A DNA stretch of 64,000 nucleotides from assembly GCF_006345805.1 (NCBI RefSeq), contig NC_042997.1, positions 60,326,001 through 60,390,000 on the forward strand, written 5' to 3'. A program made the position numbers and the translations under genes. This DNA is from Octopus sinensis. Its lineage: Eukaryota. The notes beneath the pieces were generated by a model, which made no database searches, was not told the DNA's origin, and worked only from the letters and a program-made list of their open reading frames with translations. This document shows positions 53,779-64,000 of the stretch, piece after piece. The number at the start of each line of letters is the position of its first letter. Position 1 is the stretch's first letter.

Positions 53779-54401
53779 ATTTCAAAACATATAGATATAT
53801 ACATATACATATACACATGTCTATATATATATCACACACACACAGATTTCATGTTGCTCTGGTTCACACATATATGTATGTATGTGAGCGCGCGCGCGTA
53901 CGTGTGTGTACGTGTGTTGTGCGCGCGCACCACAATTTTATTTTTGAGTGAATTCACACCATACAAGATTTAGATTGTGGGTGGAATGCGTGGCACATAT
54001 TGAATCCTAAGAGAACTGGGAACACGGGAGCAGAAAAAAAGGCATATGGAAACTGTTGTATAGAGGGAGGTATATCTATATTAGTCTATACAAGGCGTTA
54101 TAATAATGTCAACGGCTAAGCAAAGCAGCGTGGGTTCGCTTTACGATATTCTTTTATCTCAACAACTGACTCATATATTTGTCTTATATGACTGCTAGTA
54201 TTTACATCATACGAACTTACTATTATAGAAATAAGAAAACCCTACCCAGATCAACTTTTCCTTTCATCCCTCTGGGGTCGATAAAATAAGGTGTAAGTCA
54301 AGCATCAGGCTCGATGATGCCAAGTACTCCCATGCCCCACCCCAAACTACCGACCTTGCGCCTAAATCAGAAACCAAACTATTTGCAGCAGCAACAACAA
54401 C

Positions 54402-54444
<43 letters not shown>

Positions 54445-54478
54445 ACTATATATTCACACATGGGCATATATATATATC

Positions 54479-54604
54479 ATAAGCTTAAAGCTTATAAGCG
54501 ATCACCGTGCAATGACTAAAGAAAATAGTTTAATATGGGGGCATATATATAATATTGGACTACTTAGTCATTGCACGGTAATCGCTTATAAGCTTTAAGC
54601 TTAT
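54479..54604. repeat. Near-perfect 41-bp-arm hairpin
   Basis: 54479-54519 versus the reverse complement of 54564-54604 differ at one position. Confidence 0.92.
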
Positions 54605-55187
54605 AAAATATTATTTCCAGAGTTGTAAAAATCGACGCTGCTAACCCAACATATCGCATGTGTGTGTGTGTGTGTGTGTGTTTGTGTGTGTGAGTGTAAA
54701 GTCCAAGAATCCACGTTTAGGAAGTTTGCAAGCTTCGAATAGCCCGTAGAAGGTATAAAAAAACTAACTTTCAGGAACAAGTCATTTATTGGCGTAGAAG
54801 GTTGTAAATTTTTCCCATACCGAAGTTGGATAAGCTGAAAGAAGTTATTTTATACTTCACGTTCACCAACTAGGGTTGTTTATGTATGTGAAAAAAAATC
54901 CAATTTAGGGAATGGAGCAGATAAAACCCAGGCTACATATGTTTCCCAGCTAGCAGAACCTGGGAAGTAGTAATTACTCATCGAGGAGTACTCCAGTAGC
55001 TACTCATCAGGCCGAAGATACCTTAGTTAAATGAAGGTTGCATTGTCAAGGGATTCCAAGTTAACTCGCAGAAGATTTGATCGAAAATATATATGTACAC
55101 ACGCTTATACACACACACACATGCACACATACACACACACACACACACACATACATACATACATACATACATACATACATACATACA

Positions 55188-55221
<34 letters not shown>

Positions 55222-55504
55222 CATACATACATATATAGTATTAATAAAATAGATGCAATGTGTGATAGATTTTATTGGGTACAACACATATTTCGACCCG
55301 TCCTGGGCCTCTTTGGGTACATCGTTAAAAAGTCTCACTAGAAATTTCCTGAGTCAGCTTACGTCCATCAAATTCGAGAATGAGTAAAAACAGAGAAAAA
55401 TTATTGAAAGGCAAAAAATTCAAATATGAACGTGAAAATTGTACAGGACGTGAAACCTAAAGTAATCCCATAAACCGGCTTTATCTAACTTTAATATATA
55501 CATA

Positions 55505-55790
55505 TATAAAGGGTGCGTAAGGTAGTTGAAGAATACCTTTTTTGGATTATTGCTGCATTTTTTGCTAACTCTGTATAATCTTTGTTTCAGAAAATAATAA
55601 TGGCAGACCCTCAGCTTACTCAAGAAATGAAGAAGCATGCTGTTATTGTGGTTATAAAGGTTGAACATGGCGATTTAGAAATATCTCGATTTTTAAAAGT
55701 TGCCAGATCTTTCTTCTACAAAGTTTGTAAGGACCTAGAGACTGAAGATGGAAACGTATCACCAGTATCAAAGCATGTAACATGTAACTG
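55505..55790 (+). mobile_element. 5' fragment of a mariner/maT-like element
   Basis: TIR-like ta(a)agggtgcg, then MADPQLTQEMKKHAVIVVIK..DLEISRFLKVARSFFYKV (paired-like HTH N-terminus). Confidence 0.6.
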
Positions 55791-58700
55791 AAAGAAGTAA
55801 TTTTCGTTCTAGATATTATTTTGTGCAAAACCTTTATTAATTTTATTTCATACAGAGAATCTTATTGAATATTTTGGAAGGTCTATACCTTACTGGAGAT
55901 AGGCAACAAGATAGTTTTTCTTTTAATATTTTCATTTTATTTTAACGGGAAAGTAAAGAGACAGCATCTTTCTTTTAATCGCCCCAGAAAGATTACAGTA
56001 AACAAAGAAAGGCAATCACCAAATAACAGAAAATAACCAAGAATATATTAATAACCAAACGAATAGTAAAACTGAAAAGCATATAATGACTTCAGCAGAA
56101 AAATACTATATAATAAACAGCACATTTCACAGCAACAGCCTGCATACCGCGTCAGGCACAAACATGAATAAGGCAAAGCTATCCCTTGCAAACATTCTTT
56201 CAAACAAAATCCGTCAGTATGAAACATATTGCTGTAAAATCGAAAGCTAGCAGCGTTTTGTACATGGGATAGGTGCCAGGTTGCGATAATCAGTCATAGA
56301 GCTTGCGATAAGAGGAAAGTAAACTATCAGTGCTTCGATAAGTACATTGGAGGTTTTCTTATTCCATCCAAGCAAGAATTAGAGACAACTCTAAGAGATA
56401 TTTTAAACGAAACATCCTTCATTGGAGAGAGAGAGAAAAAGAAAGAGAGAGAGAGAGAGAGATGTAGCATTTGGCTCTATATATGTTATCTTTAAACAGA
56501 AGACGAGGCAAAAGCGCAAAGCCACACACGAGCCCAGAATCTGATACAGAAGATTTTGGGAAGGAGGAGCACAAGGGTCATCGTCAAGGACATCTGTGAC
56601 GATATCAGCCACTGGATAGTAACATTATGTCACTTTGTGACATAATATGAGCGTATTGGCAGTGCAGGTGTAACCTTTGACAATATATGGTTGGGCGTGA
56701 TTACTATGGAAATATAGGCTATCTGGACCCGACAAAACCACTAAATGGTATAAGAACTGTGTCCAGTAGAGGGTTTTATAAGGAAGTCCTTAAAACTCAG
56801 CATCCAAGTTAGAGAACGCAGCTATTACAGACGTTGGAGCGAAACCCATTTAAAAGCACTCGGCACAGAAAGCCTAAACGAACAAAAGCAATAACAGAAA
56901 ATCATGGTGGCTGTTGTTTATAGAGAGACATCAGACACAATTCGTAAGTCAGCGAATAAAATTGCCTCATCCTCATAGGTAGAAGTGAACCACGAAACCC
57001 AAGAATTCCTTTTTCGGTCACAACCGGCAAAGGCAACAACAACAGGACCCTTAGAGTCGTATTACCTGTTCACTTATTAGGATAGAGGTCAGATGGAGGA
57101 CATTAAGTAGTAGCAGACTTCCTCAAACGAAAAAGAAAGAAACGTAAAAAGTCATAACGGAAAACATGAGGAAAAGATCAGTGGAATACACCCTCTGTGA
57201 ACAGAGGACAGTCTTTATCTTATAAATGAAAACCAATCGCTTGTGAGGAGCAACCAACCTCCTCCTTGAACGAAATAAAATTCACAATCATTCGCAGGCC
57301 AAAGCTTGAATAAGACTCTAATACAACAAACACAAGAAATATCTAGACGAAATATGGATCGAGAAGGAAAGGGACTCATACTTTAAACATGATAGGCCAT
57401 GGGATAGTGGGGGTCATGGTGCACCCCCTTGTGATTTACTTTAATGGGAATTTTCGTGTTGCCCTGGGTCTAACAATCAGAAAATTGATGTTGGCAGCAA
57501 AAAAAACTGGGATGGAAGATACCGCCCCCCATGGACATTTTGACACTCTCACTTTTACAGCTGGAGACAGAAAACAGGTCTAACTTTGCAACTCTTCACC
57601 AGAATATTTCAAATAACCACTTAAAATGATAGCCTGGTCAAAATCTACAAGTTCATGCAAATGATAAGCTAATCTATTCTGTAAAAAGGTTACCAGAGGT
57701 CAAGAGATCACAAACTTTGATCTTTACTTATAATATCTCGCATTCACAGGTTTTATTTATCACCAAGACCATATAACGTTTTTTGTTTATTTATTGAAAA
57801 TTAATCAAAACGAAAGTTTACATGTGCTTTTTAATACCAGAAGTAAAAAAAATTGAATAGTAGTGTTTACCCTGTGGAATGTGAGATATTTCTGCATTTT
57901 TACATACTGTTTTGTATGTATTACTAAATGTGTCGAATAGAAGTAAGACAAAATCTAGCAAGTGGTACTTTGGAATCTTTCATTGAATCACTGCAAATGA
58001 CCACAGAAGATGAGTTGGTCTATAAAACGAAGCATCAAATGATGCAAATATTTTCATCAAAGGGGTTGTTGAAGTCAAAAGTAAACAAAAGCTGACCCTA
58101 CCTACACCATAGCAGTTTGTTATACATGATCATTATGAAATGTGCCATATAATTTTAATAATGAAACAAATGTCGGCTTGTATAATACTTTCTATCTCTC
58201 AAGTTTAAACAAGATCCATTACAAGTGTTGTAGCAGTTACCTTCCTTCCTGGTATATATATATATATATAGAATTAAAACAAAAGATGTACGAGTTTGCT
58301 TTAAAGTTGAGTTAGAAAGCTCAGCTGAGCACCCTTTGGATCATTAAAATTTGAATTACACATTCCCAGTAAGCATTCATCCTAATTCTTACTTGGCTGT
58401 ATCTTATTTTCACGACAGTTATATCTGTTCTTAGTTTCATTAACTTTGTAATACCTTGGACTTCGTCCCATCCACATACACCACATAATTGTCTAATGAT
58501 CATCACCATCACTTTCTGTATCACTGTCCGATCCTACTCTGTCAAGAAAATCACTTTCACTAACTTCACTGTCACTATCAGGGTCAGAATCTGATGCGCA
58601 AGTTTCATCTTCAAGTTCTTCTTCCAGAATATCCACCAACTGACGGAGTATCACTTCACCCTCTGTCCACTTCGACTTCATGATTCTAGCTTCCATTGTC

Positions 58701-58854
58701 CATCCATGTCCTTCATCTGGTCTAGGCTCTGAAGGCTTTACAATGTTCGCGAGCTTCCATATCCCGGATGGGAAGTTGCTTCGCCGAACATGTTGCTATA
58801 GGACATTTCTACACGGGGACTCAATCAATAAACAAATAAACAGCAATATGTTGT

Positions 58855-60453
58855 TTTTTTTTTTGCTTTGATGGTCCGGTATGTATGTACTGGGAAGTCA
58901 AAGAGAATAGTTACATTTTCTCCCTCAGTTACAGCCTCAGGATGGTGCTTGTACCATTTGTCAGCAGTTTTGACTTCATAATGCCAACACATCATCCAAT
59001 GTAGATATTGACCAACTCTGTCATGTCTTGGTTTGTACTGTACACGTGCTAAAACCTTACATCCAGAGATTAGGTGGTCCACTGTTTCTATACCATCGTT
59101 GCAGCATCGGCACTTTGGGTCTACACCATTTTTCATTAAATTGGCTTGATAGTTCCAAGTCAATAACCTCTGATCTTGCGCATCCAAGATAAAGCCTTCA
59201 TTCTCTGCCTTTAGCTCTGAACTCCGTAGCCACTGATGGGTGTGCTTCTGGTCTACATCAGCTTGTTTGCTACGGCCCACATATTTGCCATGCAGAGGTT
59301 TTTGTTCCTACCTACCAGCCAATTGTTCAAACGCATTTTATTTTACTATTGATTTCACCTTCTTTGCAACTACAGTTGCCGCACTTCCATCATGCTGTTC
59401 AACCTGGGTATTATGCATGAACTCACTTTTTTGCTCTTCTTCATAACAGAATGAAGCTTCTTACGTCTTTCAACGAGCCTTGGCATCCAGTCTTTAGATG
59501 TTTCAAGATATTTTGCCAGTCCAATTATGGTGGTTTTGTAGACTTCAAATTGGATCAAGCCTCGACCTCCTTGAGCTCTGGGTAGGTAAAGACGATCTGC
59601 ACCTGACTTAGGGGAGAGCATCTTATTGCAAGTCTGCAGCTTACGGATTTTCCTGTCAATCTTCCTTATTTCGCTCATATTCCAATTCAGCACACTGAAA
59701 CTGTAAATAACAACCGGAACTGCTAAGCAATTTATAGCTAACACCTTGTTATGTGTATTTAACCCGGATTTTGAGACTACTCAAACTCTCCTGTAACATT
59801 CTCCTGATCTTCTCTTTCATACTTGCATGCTGAATGCCAGAGCCCTCATTTATTCTGAGGTATTTGTAAGTTTGTTCCTGCTCGTGTTCTTTTATGACTA
59901 TCAACATCCAACACTACTGAATGTGAGGTCTTCAATTTCCCTTTCTGGAAAGTGGCCTTGACACAATTATCAAAGCCAAATTCCATTCCGATGTCACCAC
60001 TGAGATTTCTGCGTTTGTTATGACAATTCTCAAGGATCATGTGATTGATTAAGTGTTGGTCTTTGCATCCATATGAGCTTCGTCGGCACCCTATTTGTTC
60101 AGTGGGGAAAATATCGTTCTGTTCCATAAATTTGTGTTTTCTCCACCCACGAAGATGGATGTTAAAATTTTATACGTGGTAGATAGACATGTTATGGGCC
60201 GATAGTTTTGGGGAAATTTGGTTTCATTATTCTTCGGGATTGGGTAAGTAATACCTCTTACTAACCAATCAGGTGTTTTTTGTAGAATCTCATAATTTCA
60301 TTGAATAACTGGACTAACTTTTCGCGTGCACACAGGAGCGATGCAAGCCAGAAATTTGGCATCCTATCATTACCAGGAAATTTCCACTTATGAGCCTTCG
60401 TGAGTGTCATCCTTAGGTCTGCTATTGTAATGTCTTCCCATGCTTGTTCTGGT
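58855..60453 (-). mobile_element. Deleted REL-type (R4/Dong-like) LINE with 5' end at (TAA)n
   Basis: KFPGNDRMPNFW, NYRPITCL, EQIGCRRSSYGCKDQHLI, YLPRAQGGRGL, AENEGFILDAQDQ, KCRCCNDGIETVDHLISGC, RHDRVGQYLHW; same family as 18719-19546. Confidence 0.88.
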
Positions 60454-60817
60454 ATTATTATTGTTATTATTTTTATTACTTTTTATTATTATTATCATCA
60501 TCATCATCATCATCATTATCATCATCATCATTTCCCTAATTTTGAAACTGAAACACTGTACTGTTTCTGAATTCGTACTATTATTTTAAATGAAAGTTGG
60601 TGCAGTGACAAGGCTGAGAAAAAGAAGGGAAATTTACAGCAAATGACGCAACTGAAGCAATATATACTATTATTATTAAGACTGTGAACATATGGAAATG
60701 TCTACCAACATATCTCACAGTCCTTTGAGGCCAAATAAACAAAAGGGGGACTAAATGTTCTGTCATCGTAACTTTTTTTGCTATGTCGCTTCCAGACTGC
60801 GTTATTTCTACCACCAT

Positions 60818-61298
<481 letters not shown>

Positions 61299-61733
61299 TT
61301 CTTCTATAGGTACAGGCCTGAAATTTGGGGAAGGAGACTAGTCGACTACATCGACTGCGGCACTCAACTGGTACTTATTTTATCGACCCTGAAATGATGA
61401 AACGCAAAGTTGACACCGGCGGGATTTGAATTCAGAAAGTAAAGACGGACGAAATACCGCTAACTTTTTTTTTTCTGACGAGTTAACGATTTTTCTAGCT
61501 TGCTTTAATATCTTTATTGTTATGGCGGTGAGCTGGCAGAATCGTTAGCCCGCCGGGCAAAAAGTTTTGCAGCACTTCGTCTAGTTTCAAATCCTGCCGA
61601 AGTCAACTTTACCTTTTATCCTTTCAATGTCGATAAACTAAGTACCAATCAAGTACTGGGGTCGATGTGATTGACTATCTCCCACCCCACAAATTCCAGG
61701 CTTTGTGCCTATAGTAAAAAGGATTATTATTAT
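61299..61733. mobile_element. Head-to-head pair of SINE family 2 copies (- 61299-61506, + 61524-61733)
   Basis: Both carry the core ttt..cctttca.ggtcgataaa.taagtacca and tail (c)aaatt(t/c)caggc.ttgt.cctatag in opposite orientations. Confidence 0.85.
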
Positions 61734-61739
61734 TTTCAT

Positions 61740-62700
61740 TTGCTACAAGGGCGCTGGAAGAGGGCTCATTACAAGTACAAATTACGAAAACAGTGAAGGT
61801 TTACACAAACTCGCATATGAAAAATGCATAATACAACGGTATAGAAAGGAATGAAAATTAAATCTCCCAAAAAGGGTGACAGCCACCTAAATTCAACCAT
61901 GGTAACCTAGCCGCACTGGATCTCCCATACTACCTGTGGTAAGTGGTCTCTCCTAACTGTATTCTCTGGCCTACTGGTGCTTGCTGAAAGCAAGCCCGTT
62001 CTTGTGGCTCCCACTCGCTATTCTCATCCCCCTTTCAGCAACGTTACTAGAGGGTTGTATCTCTCAGATTTCTTTTACCTTTATTTGTCTCCAGGTAAAG
62101 AGTTGCAAAACTTGAAAAAGTTTGTTGTTTGATCACTGATGAAAGTATCTATTCTCAGGGTTTCTTTTCCTGTCTTGTTCACAATATAATCTCTTTCACC
62201 ACAGCTATCACACAGAAGCAAACTGCCTGCACTTGGTAGCCAAGAATGGGTGATGGTGTGATCTTCACGATGGAGTTGGTTGATTGCTATTAAACACAAA
62301 ACCCAGCTGTTCGACATAATTGCACATTTTCTCAATGCTTTTATACTGGATGAGTATTTCCAGAATGGTATCATTTCTCTATACAAAATTTGGACATGCT
62401 CAGCTGATGGCACTTCAGTGCCAATAGAACTTATCTCAAACTGGTAACCACCATCCGCCTCGCAGCACTTGAAATTCAAAGGTTTCTGGAAGTTTCCAGA
62501 GGCACTTGACTGGAATTCTATGGTAATTTTCCGTCAAGAGCCGTAGTCTCTGGGAACATTATTCTTTTGGTCTACCACTAACCCTCTACGGAATTCAAAG
62601 GTTGATGCACCACCGGAGAAAACTGTGAACGCCTAACAACATTCCAGATGCCAGGAACCTAACTTGGTCTTCTCTTAGCTCAAGACCACTTCTTTTTCAT
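61740..62700 (-). mobile_element. Old L1/Tx1-like 3' remnant
   Basis: Minus-strand LLCDSCGER..KETL resembles a degenerate C-terminal zinc motif; U-rich 3'UTR ending ttgtaatgagccctc...gaaaataataat. Heavily decayed. Confidence 0.35.
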
Positions 62701-63860
62701 TTTTTTTTAATATCTATTACCTCCCTTTAACCCACAACACTTGCAAACGTTACTTAAAGTTGCTGCTGTTTATGTTTATTATTGTATACACTATTTTTGG
62801 AAACCAATTGGACATTTACGTCACTTTTATGGTGTCTTTCAAATTGTAGCTACAAATGTTTATTTTTGAAACCATATCTTCTTAAATTTCATGTTTTCAT
62901 TGTAGAAGCGTACGGTCTATTAATGCAACTATGGCTAGCACGTCTTCCGGCTATCACAGGGTATCCATTTTGGAATGCAAAGTAGCAAATTGTGATTTTC
63001 CAGATTATAAATACGGTTAAAGCAACATTAAAGACGAATCTTTTCGTCTATATCAGGTAACGGGGCAGGCCTTCAAATAATGCAAAAACCTTTACTGCTG
63101 AGAAAAATGGACATATCTGGTAACTGGTAATGCGATCGAGAGATCTCTACAAACGGGAGTTCTGGTGAAGTGAAGTGTGCGTTCCCATCAACGAACATAA
63201 CAACAATAACCATAACGATGATGACAACAACGATGATGATGATGATGATTATGATAAAGGTCCACAAAAAGATCGACGACGCTACAGGGTGGTGAAGGTT
63301 GGAGGTACATAAAAACATAAAGCCACTAAAAAAATGAAGACTGCCTGTCCCTCCAGACCAAAACAGGGCAACAGGGCGGTCTTCAAAATGGTCTCCGCTG
63401 ATAGCTGGATCCGTCCAACATAGACAACAGTTATTCGACATAACTCCACAAGTTAGCAATGCTGAGATGTAACAGAAATAAAAAAACCCAACAGATAGCC
63501 AGTGCTAACATTCTCGAGCTTCACCAACTACGAGCTAACGAGGAAGAGTACCTCTACAGTGGTCGCTCAGGGAAATAAACATAGCAACAAATTCTTCCTC
63601 AAATTACTCTCTACCGTCTTGATGAAGGAGGGACATATTGAACAATTAATCCTAATTACGCAATATCAGATAAAATGATACAGTGATCATAGTGTGGTAT
63701 TTCTTTAGTCATAGATTTGCTCGGTCAGACATGATCTGAAAATAAACAATAGTAGACATGCTCCGTCCAAAATTTGAGTGTTTTTCTCTCAATGTTTCTC
63801 TTTACTCTTCTCACTCAGCTTCCGTTATTTCTCTCTTCCATCTCACCACACAAAAACAGG

Positions 63861-63925
<65 letters not shown>

Positions 63926-64000
63926 ACTGAGCTCCTCCTTCAATCTTTTCTCTTCTTCTATTGATATATCCTTGACACACACGATTGTGTTCGTGTTTAT

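Noticed and set aside
56403-56612. Minus-strand IVTDVLDDDPCAPP, resembling PDE3 LITDLLADPSLPP
   Set aside because: Wrong strand for the candidate gene, and the similarity does not extend.
58493-58696. Acidic D/S/E-rich ORF resembling a piggyBac transposase N-terminus
   Set aside because: Low complexity; no TTAA-bounded TIRs or DDD core found.

Overview
AT-rich, microsatellite- and transposon-dense animal genomic DNA. The repeat complement (tRNA-derived SINEs with internal TA/TG microsatellites, Deu/Nin-like SINEs, RTE, REL-type and Tx1-type LINEs, Tc1/mariner) looks like an octopus (coleoid) genome; this is inference, not a database result. There is no long intact ORF, and almost all tracked ORFs are microsatellite translations or transposon remnants. 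Small GT-AG-flanked exon candidates on the + strand (about 2670-2874, 19819-19944, 29105-29158, 29293-29335, 40770-) join in frame into an unidentified protein, so most of the window is probably intron. I found no clearly novel self-contained system. The best leads are: (1) a TSD-bounded 1.43-kb retroelement that encodes only ORF1, sitting near related copies and an RT-bearing Tx1-type partner; (2) an RTE LINE ending in three C2H2 fingers; (3) REL-type LINEs sitting in two different microsatellite targets; (4) exons open in two frames plus a frame-switching microexon candidate; (5) many long inverted repeats that could form intronic dsRNA. All identities are by-eye estimates, and repeat boundaries are approximate unless a TSD or TIR is quoted.
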